From: Salpingoeca rosetta
Lineage: Eukaryota > Protista > Choanoflagellata
Direction of reading: 5' to 3'
NCBI GenBank assembly: GCA_033442325.1
Contig: JAWQFM010000003.1
Coordinates: forward strand, 1,153,710-1,217,709
Length of the DNA stretch: 64,000 nucleotides
Shown: positions 1-26,575 of the stretch, piece by piece
Numbering within the stretch: the first letter of the stretch is position 1
Layout of the letters: each line of letters begins with the position of its first letter
The notes under the pieces: generated by a model
Database searches by the model: none
What the model was told of the DNA's origin: nothing
Seen by the model: the letters and a program-made list of their open reading frames with translations, nothing else
Translations under genes and position numbers: made by a program

Positions 1-9508
<9,508 letters not shown>

Positions 9509-9648
9509 TGCGTTCTTGTGTTGTTGTTGTTGTTGATGTGTGTGTGTGTGTATGTTTGGAGGTGTTTGGGAGGAAGGGGGGTGTTTGCATTTCGTTTCGT
9601 CACATCATTCATTCGTTCATTGAAGCACACAAAGCAACAACGCTGACA

Positions 9649-9833
9649 ATGACAACAAAACACCGCGATGTGCAGTGGCGGGTGCTGTGGTACTGGCCGA
9701 ATGTGATTGGGTATGTGAGGCTGGCGTTGACGCTTGCGGCCGTGTACCTTGCGTGGCAGAGGCCAATCTTGTTCATCGTCCTCTACGCCATACAAGCGAC
9801 ACTGGACGGTTGGTTGGTTGGTTGGTTGGTTGG

Positions 9834-9907
<74 letters not shown>

Positions 9908-9969
9908 CTCTGTGTGTGTGTTTGGCTCTGTGTGTGTGTGTGTGTTTGGCTCTGTGTGTCTGTGTGTGT

Positions 9970-10010
<41 letters not shown>

Positions 10011-11438
10011 GCTCTGTGTGTGTGTCTGTCTGTCTTTGGCCGCCTGCTTGCGTGCATGCGTGCATGCGTGCATGCTTGCCTGTGGCATTGCTCTGGTTTT
10101 AAGCTCAAGTTCCATATCATCGCTTTCGTACCCCTGCGCGCCTCGTGCGCCTTGCCCCTGCGCGCCTTGTGCGCCTTGCCCTTGTCTCCCAGGCATTGAT
10201 GGATATGTCGCGCGCCGGCTCAACCAGATATCTCCGTTTGGCGCATGGGTAGGTCCTCATACTCAAGAGCAGCAACCCACCTTTGCCCGCTGACAGTTCC
10301 ATTGGCGTCTTTCTTACACTGTGCTACGGCTACTGGCGACTCGGCTTCTTGGGTGCAGCTGGACGTGGTGATTGATAACGTGTCACGCACACTCCTCTGG
10401 TGCTACATAGCTCCCGTAAGTGTGTGTGTGTATGTGTGTGTGTGTGTAAGTGTGTGTGTGTGAGTGTGAGTGAGCGTGCGGGTGTGTGTAAGTGTGTGTG
10501 TGTGTGTGTGTAAGTGTGTGTGATTGTGTTTGTGTGTGAGTGTGAGTGTGAGAGAGGATATGCACGTACATGTACATGGACACATGCACACGTGCACGTG
10601 TATCAGTGTACGTCGCCTGCCCGTGTCGGCGTGCCAGTGTTTGCCTGTCACACCACAACATCGGCTCTCACAATAGGGTGCCTCCTCCCACCACACGCCC
10701 ACATTGCCAGACCTTTGGCCCACTCATTGCTTGCCTGGAGTGGCTGACGTTCGCGTGCACCCACGCGTCCGGTCCAGCTTGGAAACACCAGTTTGATGAC
10801 GCACCAGAATGGGTCGCCGCTGTCATGCGCAAAGGTGAGAGAGAGAGAGAGAGTGTGTGTGTGTGTGTGTGTGTGTGTGAGTGTGAGTGTGAGTGTGAGT
10901 GTGCGTGCGTGTGTGTGTGTGTGTGCGTGTGTTTATGATTGGGCGTGTGCAATGCTGTGTGAGGGTCACGTCATGTACGCACACACACACAACACACACA
11001 CACACACACACACACACATGCATTCAACGATTGCACGAACAGGGTTTCGCACGCCGTTGGGCGTCTATGTCATTGCAGGAATCCACGTGCTTCCAATTGT
11101 CTTGTATGGGCGAGCAAACCACGTCGGTTAGTCAGTTCCCGACAAGCGCACCCATACACCGTTCACGTCCTGAACAACACCACTCACTGACACTCACTGA
11201 CACTCGCTCACTGACTGACTCACTCTCTCACTCACGTACGCACTCACGCATTCACTCATTCACACACACACACACTCTCTCTCTCCCACGCCCACCAGAC
11301 GAGCTGTTTCTGCCGGCGTGGCTGTCGTATGGGAGCGTGCTCATACTCAGCTCTGGTCGCATCTATGGCATGTGTGTGGAGCTCTGGGTTGTTGCCAGAC
11401 ATATGCGCGCACTGCTCTCCCAACCCCAAGAGGCCTAA
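9649..11438 (+). CDS. CDP-alcohol phosphatidyltransferase family protein (phosphatidylinositol synthase-like), multi-exon
   Basis: N-terminus has [10 protein letters not shown]. The spliced sequence [27 protein letters not shown] matches the family motif D-x2-D-G-x2-A-R-x(7-8)-G-x3-D-x3-D. Several hydrophobic helices. ATG 9649, TAA 11436-11438. Confidence 0.85.
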
Positions 11439-11511
11439 CACACACACACACATACGCACACACACACACATACGCACACACACACACATACGCACACACA
11501 CACACACACAT

Positions 11512-11561
<50 letters not shown>

Positions 11562-11881
11562 TCATATTGCCGGGCTAGCCCACAGTGCTCCCTGCTTGTT
11601 ACGCGATAAACATGCGCTGTTCTTCTTGAGTGGTATGGTACTTTGGTTTTTCAATGCTGGGGTGCACATACAACGTGCTTGCTTGTCAGCTGCGCAGTGG
11701 TGGCGCTGGAGTAATAACAGGCAATGCACGACAGTAAACGGACATGTAACGGAGATGTAACAATGCCATAGAGAGCAGGAAGCAACTGAAAGATGATCGA
11801 AAAGAGAAGAGACAACTACTGTGCAGTGGACGCAAGCATGGGTGGTGTTGAATAACTGCCTTTCTGAGGCCTTTGATGCTG

Positions 11882-12491
11882 TCAGAGGCCGTAATCGTCC
11901 GCTGCCAGCTGCTGGGGCTGCGGGCCCCTGCTGCGCTTCTTGACAGTGTACATGACCACGACACCAATGATGGCTACGGCGCCAAGGCTCACGACCACGG
12001 CAATGATCACAGTCTTGTCTGAGCTGCTGCCGTCGGGGTTGCCCGGTGGTGGGGATGGCGCCAAACTGTAAGCACAAGCCAGCATGTGGAAGTGGCGGTA
12101 GCAAGGCGGTGGGTCAAGTGAGTCGTGTGGTTGTGCTGCACGGAATTGCGGAATCGCTGTGTCATGCCACGTCACAGCCGACTGCGTGTGGTTGAAGGCT
12201 CCTGTCACCAACCGCCGGGCATCACAGCTCGACAACTTACTCATAGCCTATGATGAGGCGTGGGATGTCCTCTGCATCTGCTGCTTGGCGAGATGCAAAG
12301 CTCTTCACGGAACGGGCCTGGTCGAAGTTGGGTGCGGCATGGTGGATGTATGAGTGCAAATTGTAGCCGTTAGTGTTAGTACGTGTCAACGCGTGGTTGT
12401 TACGCCAAGAAGGACGAGGCAAATAATGTTTGAAGAAAGTGGGTGGAGACGGAGGAGACGAGACACAAGACAGACGAGAACTTTAACACTC

Positions 12492-12532
<41 letters not shown>

Positions 12533-14028
12533 CACACACAGCGAATCGTACCCCTTCTTGGTTGTTGAGAAGGATCCAACCAAAGTTCTGCTCCGGGTTG
12601 GCAACCCAAAACTTGACATCATCAATCAAACCATCGCCTACATGGCAACGGGGCAAGGCAGCACGAAGGCACGAGGATAAGAGGTCAGAAAAGGCACGTG
12701 GTGTAATGTAATCGCCGCATGCGCACGTGGTCACATCCATCAAAGCAGGGATCGCGACATGAATCGGCGTTCAAATGAGACCATGAGCACAGATCAAAGC
12801 AACCCTGCAAATGAAGCTGGTGTGACGCACCTGACCACGTGTAGAAGGCAGTGTCCTTGCCGACTTCAGTGAGGACGGAGGGCGTGGCCACAAAGCTGCC
12901 GCCAGGGGCTTGCCAACGCGTCTGGTTCACAACACTGGCAATCGTGTGACAACGACCGAGAACAAAGCAAGGGCAAGGGGATGAGTCGTGGAATCGCAAC
13001 ACTTGCGGCCAGACACAGCACCGCCGCGGATTGGTGGGACAAGCGTGCAGACGCAGAGGATCATGACGCTTGTTTGCGGTGGGGTGTGCTGTTGCGTGCA
13101 CGCAAGCGCAATGGCACCGGTAGCACCAAATGCACACCGATAGCAAGTTGGCAAGTTCATGAGGGAGTGCCCAACCTGTAGTTCCACGACGCATCAATGG
13201 AGGAGGACGGAGCGCATGCTCCGCCAGGGAAGAAGCTCATGCCCTCATGCCACTCCTGCAGGACGCGGTGGAGGGAGATGTTGGCTGGCTGGTCCTTGGG
13301 GTTGCTGCGTTCGTAGAGGACAAAGGTGACGTTCTGGATGCCGTCTGGGTTTGGCACATCGGTGACGTTGAATTTCACCAGCGCCCTGCGCTCCAGGTCG
13401 CGGCCAGTCACGCCAACATAGAGGCCATCCCCGAGTGCGTTGGCCAGATCTTCCTCCGTATTGCTGTCGCAGATGGTCGTGTCTTCCGTCGCACGCAGGT
13501 CAATGGGGTCGGCTGTGTGTGTATGTGTGAGTGTGTGTGTGTGTGTGTGAGTGTGTGTGAGTGAGTGTGTGAGTGTGTGTGTGTGTGTGAGTGTGAGTGT
13601 GAGTGTGAGTGTGAGTGTGAGTGTGAGTGTGAGTGTGAGTGTGAGTGTGTGTGTGAGTGTGAGTGTGAGTGTGAGTGTGAGTGTGAGTGTGAGTGTGTGT
13701 GTGTGTGTGAGTGTGGGTGTGTGTGTAGGTGTTTGCGGTGAGTGGGTGTCAGCTCCAGTTGCAGGGTCATGAGGGAAAGGAGAACTACCAAGCTAGTGCA
13801 AGAGTACACTGCATCTCTGGCGCATTGGGGCAAGGCAGAACAACTTGCTGTACCACGCCACCATCCAGGACGATCCAGAGATTGACCGGAAGGGCATCAT
13901 CAACAACACAAACGCTCTGCTCACTCGCGCCCATACTGCTCATACAAGATAAACTCACCACTGACAGACCAGGCCACAGTGGCCAGGAGGGCCACCGCCA
14001 ACACTAGGGCACTCGCAACCAGCTGCAT
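11882..14028 (-). CDS. Type I single-pass membrane protein with a bacterial-type DNRLRE/CBM96-like extracellular domain, 6 exons
   Basis: Signal peptide MQLVASALVLAVALLATVAWSVSA. Spliced domain ...EDTTI...LYVG...ERRALVKFNV...LHRVLQEWHEG...DASWNY...WQAPGGSF...YTWS...DDVKFWVANPEQNFGWIL...KSFASRQ...PRLIIGY. Then a Pro linker, TM helix VIIAVVVSLGAVAIIGVVVMYTV and short tail KKRSRG...DDYGL*. All junctions are GT-AG and in frame. The family call comes from motif recognition only. Confidence 0.75.
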
Positions 14029-14349
14029 CGCAGATGACGAGGAAGGTAGGTTGCTTGACAATGAATGCGGGTGATGAATAAGTGAATGAATGCCTGGCTG
14101 GCTGGCTGGGGATGGCGCGATTTGGGAGCAGAGCGTGCTGATGAAGCTATGACAATAAGCAGCACTGCCTCCGACGCCGCGCACAAGAACTCGTTGCTTC
14201 TCGTCTTACTTCGTTCCTGTTTTGCCTGCCTGCAAGCAAGCAAGCAAGCAAGCTCCGCTCATCAGGCAGTCAGTCAGACGCGAAGAAACCGTTGATAGAC
14301 TGAATTCAGCATTTTACCTGAATTCAGTGTGTGTATGTTGTGGGCGGAT

Positions 14350-15232
14350 ATGAGCGGAAGGCGAAGCACAACGTCGCATGTGGACGTGGACCGGCTGCGA
14401 CTGCTCTTTCGCAGAGCACAAGCCAAGGTCGAGCTTTGCGTGTGTGTATGTGTGTGTGTGTCTCTGTGTGTCTGCCTCTGTGTGTGTATGTGTGTCTGTG
14501 TCTGCGTGTGTATGTGTGTGTCTGTATGTGGAACTCGTGTCATGGTGTTTGGAGCAAAGCGATGCTGCTGCACCGCCTCACGTTGTTATGTGTGATTATA
14601 TTGCTGTCAATTGGTATGTTCTTGACGGCACTCGTGCAGAAGAGTCCGCCTTTGATCTTAAAGTACGGCCTGAAGCTTGGAAAGCGTTTGAGGAAGGAGA
14701 AACAGCATGAGGAAGCAACAGACGTGCTCAGCGCCACCCTCTTGAATCAGGTACTTGCTCGCCTTCACGTGTCGCGTGCGCGCATTGCATGTGTTTGTGC
14801 GCTTTCATCGTAGCGTGTGTTTGGTACCACATTGGCGTTGACCTCTCCTCTTTTCACATTGGGGTGGCGCCCCACAGTTTGTCTCTCCCGTTGTTCCTCA
14901 TCACATCCACTCACCGACGTATGCATTCGCACCCACTCACCTCCTTGCGCGCACTGGCAGATGGACAATGTCGGAGAGGATCACGCAGACACCGCGCTGG
15001 TGCTGGTGGCGCTTGGGGATGTGTTCGAGGCCAAGGGCAACTACGCGCGTGCAGTGACGTACTTCAACAAAGCCTTGCCCATTCAAGAAGCGCAGCTGGG
15101 CAAAGACCACGACACCACCACCAAAACGGCGCTCAAGTTGGCGTCCATCCAGAGCCACCAGGAAGAATACTACGACAAGGCCCTGGAAGCTTACAGAGAA
15201 GCATTGCAGGTGGGAGCACTGGGGGCTGGCTC

Positions 15233-15318
<86 letters not shown>

Positions 15319-15925
15319 GAGGGGGGGCACGCGCGCACGTGGTCGTGAGTGATGAATGAGTCTGAAACCCCAAGTACCTGCGGTTGACGTCGTTTTTTTT
15401 TTTGGGTCTCTATGCTTTTCGTTCTCTGTGTAGATCAAGCTTGACAATGTTGGCGAGCTGCATCCATCGACTGCCGTCACACTCATTAATCTCGGCCTCG
15501 TGTGCAAGCAACAAGGTCCGTGTACAGCAACAACAACAACAACAACACGTGATGCGCCCTCAGCGTTAACCTTGCCAACCATCTGCAGCAACACAACAAA
15601 CACAACACAAACACACACACGCACACGCACACACACACGCACGAATACTGGCTGCTTCTGACTGGATGTGTGTGTGGATGTGCGTGTGTGTGTGTGGATG
15701 TGTGTGTTGTGTGTGCCCTGTGTGCAATGCAGGTGATATGCCACGGGCCCTGGAGTATCTAACACATGCGCTGACCATTCGCTCGCGAGTGTTTGGCACA
15801 ACCCACGTCGAAACAGCCGCATGCATCACACACCTCGCAGACCTCTACAGGTGGGACGTGTGTCGATGTGTGTGCCTGTGTCTGTGGGTGTCTGTACCTG
15901 TGTCTGTGTGTCGGTCGGTGTCTGT

Positions 15926-15984
<59 letters not shown>

Positions 15985-16538
15985 GGTGTCTGTACCTCTG
16001 TGTGTCTATGTCTGTGTCCGTGTCTGTGTTGCCTGCTTTCCTATCTACTTGCCCGCTGACCTGTTCCCTTTCGTCGTGCCTGGCTTGCACATTGTCCGGG
16101 ATTCTCCCAAGAGTTCTCACACTGGTCCATTCGATGGTCCTTTCATCACCTTTTGCACCACGCCCCCCCCCCACATACACACACATACATACATATCCGT
16201 ACTTTTACCTGCCTGCCAGGGTGGAAGGGTCGTATGACAAAGCACTTGAGTACTACAAGTGGTCGCTGTCCATCCAGGAAGCGCACGAACGCCCGCGCCA
16301 CCGCGCCATCGCCGACTGCCTCTACAACATCGCCCTCATCCACAAGCACCTGCGTGCGTACAGCGACTCGCAGCAGGCGTTCACGCAGGCCGCACAGCAC
16401 TTCACCATTGCGCTCGGCGCTGACGATGCAGAGACGTTGGACTGCGTTGCACAGGCGGAGCGCGCGCGAACACTGGCAGGACGTGAAACCCCACAGCATC
16501 TATCACAGGCAGACAACGAGGCGGAGACAGCCATCTGA
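14350..16538 (+). CDS. Tetratricopeptide-repeat protein with kinesin-light-chain/nephrocystin-3-type 42-aa TPRs, multi-exon
   Basis: Repeated G-x-x-H-x-x-T-A...LG.V....G.Y.[RK]A..Y...AL.I units (GEDHADTA, GKDHDTT, GELHPSTA, GTTHVETA, RHRAIA). Stop TGA ends at 16538. Start at 14350 is probable, not certain. Confidence 0.8.
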
Positions 16539-16547
16539 CTCCTGCTT

Positions 16548-16775
16548 GTGTGTGTGTGTGGTGTGGTGTGTGTGTGTGTGTGGTGTGTGGTGTGTGTGTG
16601 TGTGTGTGTGGGTGTGGGGTGGGTGTGGGTGTGGGTGTGGGTGTGTGGGTGTGGGTGTGGGTGTGTGGGTGTGGGTGGGTGTGGGTGTGGGTGTGTGTGG
16701 GTGTGGCCTACTGGGCGTGTGTGTGTGGATGTTGTGTCTGTGTGTGGATGTGGGTTGGTGTGGGTGTGGTGTGGG
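16548..16775. repeat. (GT)n/(GGGTGT)n simple repeat between the convergent TPR and ELAC2 genes
   Basis: Runs of gtgtgg/gggtgt directly after the TPR stop codon. Confidence 0.85.
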
Positions 16776-17163
16776 TTTGTATGTGTTGCCTTTGTGCGTC
16801 TGTCTGTTTGTCTGTCTGTCTGTATCGACTCTGTATGTGCGTGTTCTGAATCGAGGTTGTGGTATGCACATCTCCCACCCTTCTTTTTCTATTTCGTGCT
16901 TCACCTCTTTCCGTGCTGCCTTTCTTCTTTGGATCTGTGCTTCATCCATTCAAAACGTGCAAATGTACAGCTCAACTCCAAATCAGCTCGCTCCAAGAGT
17001 GAACGTTCATGTGTATGCACACAAACAAACAAAGCCAAGCAGCCACACACAACTCCACAAACAAGCGCACATCCACACACACACACACACACAAACAAAC
17101 AAACAAACAAACACCCACACCCACACACAAACAAACAAACACACGCACACACAATCCAAGCTG

Positions 17164-19053
17164 CTACGATGCTTGTTGTTGGTCAGCATCAGTCCTGACC
17201 TCCTTCACCGCAGCTGTCTGCTTGCTCTCCTTCGGCTGCTTCTGCTTCTGCTGCTTCCTTCCACGAGCAACATCATCCACCTTCACACCTCCACCTTTCC
17301 CATTGCCCTTCACCTTCGCCTTCACCTTGTCCTTCCCCTTCTTCTCCCCTTTCCCTTTGGCATTGCCGTCCGCACCACCAATCGTTTCGATATCGCCATC
17401 ATCATCACCCTCCTCCTCCTCCTCTTCGGGCTTTAGCGCCGTGAACATGTGGTCGATAGCCGGCGTCATGGCTGTCAGCTCCTTCGCCCTCCGCAGCACC
17501 ACGCTCATCAGGTCAAACCCAAACGCCGTGTGCTCGCGGCTCTTGGCGTCGAGAACAGGGATCTGCGGATACCGCTGCGAAAAATGCGTGAGGATGAGCA
17601 TCTTGGCGCCCATCTGCTGCGCCACGGTCACGGCGTCGCTGGTTGTGCTGTGGTTCTTCTGCACCGCCTGGTCCTCCAGCCCGTCCTCAAACGTCGCCTC
17701 GTGCACAAGCACGTCCGCCCCTTTCCCCGCGCCAACCATCGACTTGCACGGGCGCGTGTCCCCGGACCACGCAAACCGGTACCCGTCGTCAAAGTCAAGC
17801 ACAAGCCCGTAGGCAGCGAAGCAGTGCTTGACTGCAGGTGTTGCGAGCGCACGCAGGCCCATGCCCGCCATCGCCCGTGCATATGCGTCCTTGACGTGGG
17901 GCGGCACGAAGCGCGGCAGCTGCCAGTGCGCAAAACGTGTCCAACGTGCATCGAGGAACACGGCGGTGGCGCAGGAGAGGTGGGCCGTGTAGCGCATGAA
18001 CAGCCACAGAAAATGCGGGGCGACAACAACGACGGGCGGCGGGTCGTCCACGCCAACAGCAGCAAACGCTTCACGGCGCCGCGCAAGCACACGCGTGAGC
18101 CCAAGGTGGTGGTCTGCGTGCATGTGCGAGATGTGCACGAGGCGAAGCGACCGCAGCACCGCGGGCATGTGCTCTGCACCAAACTTGCGCTGGAGTTGGC
18201 TGAGCGAGCCTTCGCCGCAGTCCAGCAGCATCGATGCAGCCACGTCCTTGTTCACGGTCGTGGCGCCGTCGCTGTCCACCCAAATTCCGCGCGTCAGCAG
18301 CATGCCCGTGACATTACGCAATTGCGACGGGACCGCGGATCCAGTGCCCATGAAATGCAGCACACGCTCATCAGGGCGGAGTGCAGCCAGTGAATCACCA
18401 CCTGTCCCGGACGCTGTTGCTGTTGCTGTTGTTGTCGTTGTTGGTGGTGCTTTTGCGGGTGTTGTTGTCGTTGGTGGTGCTGTTGTTGGTGGTGGTGCTT
18501 GTGCATGTTCATTTTGTTGTGGCAGGAGCCGTTGCATGTCAGGCAGCGCCATGACTGTTTCTCTGCACTCTTCAGGGGAGACGATGGGTAGGCAGGTTGT
18601 GGCGTCCGTGAGGAGGCCGTCCCGCCGCTTGGAGAGAAACACGCGATACAGCGGCTGTGCAGACACCACGCTGCAGTTGTCTGGCAGCGCGTGTGGCACG
18701 GTCAGTTCCGGGACGGTGGATGGAACAGGCGCCATGGCAAACGGTGTCGGCCCAATCGTTTGTAGCATGTACTGTCGCCGTAGCGGGCATATGGTGCGCG
18801 CACGTGCGTGCACGTGTGTGCGTGCACGTGTGTGCGTGCACGTGTGTGTGTGTGTGTTTGGTGTGTGTGTGTGTGTGTGTGTGTGTGCACGTGTGTGTGT
18901 GTGTGTGCACGTGTGTGTGTGTGTGTGTGTGTTTGGGGGATGGTGTTGCGCAGGCGGGTGGATGGTGTTGAGGATGTGAGGCGGAGACGATACAAGTTGA
19001 GCAGCCTTGACGCACAACCAAGGCTATGAGGGCACACACACACACGCACATGT

Positions 19054-19086
<33 letters not shown>

Positions 19087-19691
19087 TACACACCTGCAGC
19101 TTTGTTGAGGAGATGGTGGTGGCGTGCGGGTTGTGCTGCGGGTCAACAAAGACGTGGGTGACGTTGGGGCCAAACTGTTGCAAGAGTTGCGCATATGCGT
19201 CCGTCTGCGCCAGCGCCTGCGAGGTGAAATGCACCACCTTTGGCATGCTGCTGGGCATTGCGCGGAAGGCATCAAACAGCTCGCTGCGGGCAATGGTGGC
19301 CTCCAGTGCCGCGCGTGTTGGGATGTGGACAATGGCAAAATGGGGGAGCGGGTCCACGGGATCAAGCACATCTTCAGGCTTCACCACACGTCCGTCATCC
19401 AGCGTCACTTCGTTGCCCTTGCCAAGCTGCCCCCAGAGTGGCCCCTTTGGCACGCCTGCTGCCTTGGCCTTTTGCACGTTGAACTTGCCTGGCCGCGGAT
19501 TGACGAGCGAGCCCACGTACGCCAGCGCCGTGTCGCGCGTGCTCTCCGCAGCGGCGAGCGTCTCCTCTGCTGTTGGCGGCACGAGCGTGAGCTGTGGTGC
19601 CGGGTGTGGTGGTGGCGATGCAGACTCCAATCGAGACGAAATGGGCGATGGCGTGCGCTGCCGTGCTGCGTCGTGGCCGTTCCCAGCTGAC

Positions 19692-19726
<35 letters not shown>

Positions 19727-20961
19727 ACCTGGTGATTGGTCTTGTTTGGGCTGCGGGCGTGTGAACAAAGGAAGAATATGGGCGCGTGTGAAAAAGACAA
19801 AGGGCGTGCATCGCTGTGCAGTCACACAGAGAGGGAGAGAGAGAGAGAGTGACAGACAAGCTTATCCGCACACACACGCACGCACACACGCACGCACTCA
19901 CACACACGCACACGCACGCACACACGCACACAGACGCACACGCACGCGCACACAGAACGAAGGACGGATGACTGTGTGGTGATACTCACTTGGAGACGAA
20001 CCTTCTTGGCGGGCAAGGTGTGCGGTTCGTGCGTGGCGTGGTGGTCAAACTCGGCGCCAATGTTCTGGCTGACGGGCGGCGCTGCTTGCTCCATGTACTT
20101 CTGCTGCTTGAGCGCAGAGATGACGTGCGGGTGCAGCGCTGGGGTTTGGTCGCGCGCGTGAATCGTGAAGATTTTCATGCGCAAGCGCCCGTCATCAAAC
20201 TCCGAGACGGGGTCTGTGTACTCGCGAAACTCACGGTAGAGGCTGGAGCGGTGCTGCATAAACGTCTTGGTGCCCTCAAGCATGGTGCTGAGGTGCGGTG
20301 GGGCGTGCAGGGCCACTGGATGCGACACCTGGTACATGTCCTGCATTGTCAGCAGCATGCCTGAAGTCGTGGCAGGAAACGCGAGTGAGATCGATGCGTC
20401 AGAGGGTCAGATGAGTGGGCGAGGAAAGAAAGGGGCGCATGGAGACAGGGAAGGGCGGTGGCAAAACGGGAATAGAAATGCAGGTGGTGATGGTGGTGTT
20501 GGTGTTGGTGGTGGTGGTGGTCAACAAAGTTGGGCAGGCCAGTTGTTGGTGTTGCTGAGCACCACGCGCGATAAGACGCACCTGGAAGGCCGCCGATGCA
20601 CTCCCAGCTGCTCTTTGTGAAGAAGATGTCCGTGACTTGCTTCAGGCGAATCCTGATGCCAGCGAATACGCGTTCGGTTGCAGTACAAGTCAGTCAAGGC
20701 AGGGTAGAGGAGGAAAACAAACGAACGCGACGGTAATTGCAGTGGTGGTGGTGATGGTAGTGGTGCACCATTGATGTGGGAAGGGGTGCATGGCGAGTGC
20801 AAGGAGGAGGGTGGACCTTACTTGTGCTCCATACAGAAGCGCTGGATGCCTTCGCCCGTGTTGAAGAGATACCTGGGTGTGGTTGATGGCAGAGCACACA
20901 GACCGAACGCATAATGCAGTGGGTGGTAAGTGAGCCACAGCACCATGAGAGGATGAGGGTG

Positions 20962-21034
<73 letters not shown>

Positions 21035-21133
21035 AGAGACAGACAGACAGACAGAGACACAGAGCGAGACAGACAGACAGACAGACAGACACACGCGCGC
21101 ACACGCGCACACACACACACAGACAGACAGACA

Positions 21134-21191
<58 letters not shown>

Positions 21192-21293
21192 TTNNNNNNN
21201 NNNNNNNNNNNNNNNNNNNNNNNNNNNNNNNNNNNNNNNNNNNNNNNNNNNNNNNNNNNNNNNNNNNNNNNNNNNNNNNNNNNNNNNNNNNNN

Positions 21294-21344
<51 letters not shown>

Positions 21345-21404
21345 TGCGTTCCCAAACCACACACAGGTACACACACACAGGTACACACTCGCTCACGAAT
21401 CATA

Positions 21405-21481
<77 letters not shown>

Positions 21482-21763
21482 CGCACACACACACACACAC
21501 ACACACCTTCGATCATCAGTGAAGATAAAAGCAGAGGGTCCAGTGTCACAGGACCCAGCGACAATCTGAAGATAGGAGACGGCGCTCATGGTGAAGGTGG
21601 AACTTGGACGACTTGCAGTAGTTGATGATAATGAGTGCAGTGGAGCGTCGATGAGGGCGCGTGTCTTCGGCAGCCGCTTGAGCGGGATCACAGCGCGGAA
21701 TCGAGGACCTGCAAACGCACACGCAGATGCACACGCACGGGTCCAGGTGGAAATGGCCTGCAT
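17164..21763 (-). CDS. ELAC2: Ribonuclease Z, long form (tRNA 3' endonuclease), multi-exon
   Basis: N-terminal pseudo-motif YLFNTGEGIQRFCMEHK; exosite GKFNVQKAKAAGVPKGPLWGQL; GTGSAVPSQLRN; LLDCGEG; HISHMHADHHLG (HxHxDH); WSGDTRPC; HEATF; HST; LTHFSQRYP. Confidence 0.95.
21194..21293. other. Assembly gap (100 N) inside an ELAC2 intron
   Basis: Run of 100 n flanked by (CA)n and (GA)n microsatellites. Confidence 0.99.
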
Positions 21764-22140
21764 GCGCGGTCCCGCTGCAATTCAACTGCACTCCCCAACG
21801 ATGTGGCGCGCGTCGTTTGACTATGCTGTGTTGTGTTGTGTTATCCCTCTGTTGGCAGGGTGATCCGGCCGGCTCGTAACCGCAACTGCTCGGTGTGCTT
21901 TGTGGTAACAACTGGTGGCATGCACGTTGTTGTTCGTTGATTGCCGCGCACGTTGTTGTAACTAATTTGCCACAAAAAGGGGATTTTACCAAACACGACT
22001 GCGATTTTACCAACAGCAGCACTTGGCCGGGGTGAACTTGCCTGCAGGCAAGCAAGCGACAAGAGGCGAAGAGGAGCGCGCGTGTTGTCGCAAGGATCTA
22101 ATCAAACAAGGCAGCAACCAACACGAGGGAGGGAGGGAGG

Positions 22141-22203
<63 letters not shown>

Positions 22204-22357
22204 GGAGAGAAAGTATGTAACACAAGAGAGAAGAAGGAAGAAGTGGTGACAGCAGGAACCCGAATGACAGCCGTCAACAAGACAGCAACGTGAAACGGGC
22301 AAACGTAAGGTCAGTCCTTCTCCAGTCAGTAAGAAAGGATGCACGCTGTGCTGTGTC

Positions 22358-26575
<4,218 letters not shown>

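Noticed and set aside
16610-16705. (GGGTGT)n as a possible interstitial telomere or G-quadruplex element
   Set aside because: It is not TTAGGG and grades into plain (GT)n. Best explained as microsatellite drift.
21194-21293. N run as a hidden exon or mobile element
   Set aside because: It is a placeholder gap between microsatellites. The flanking ELAC2 exons (…TDDR|RYLFN…) join without missing sequence.
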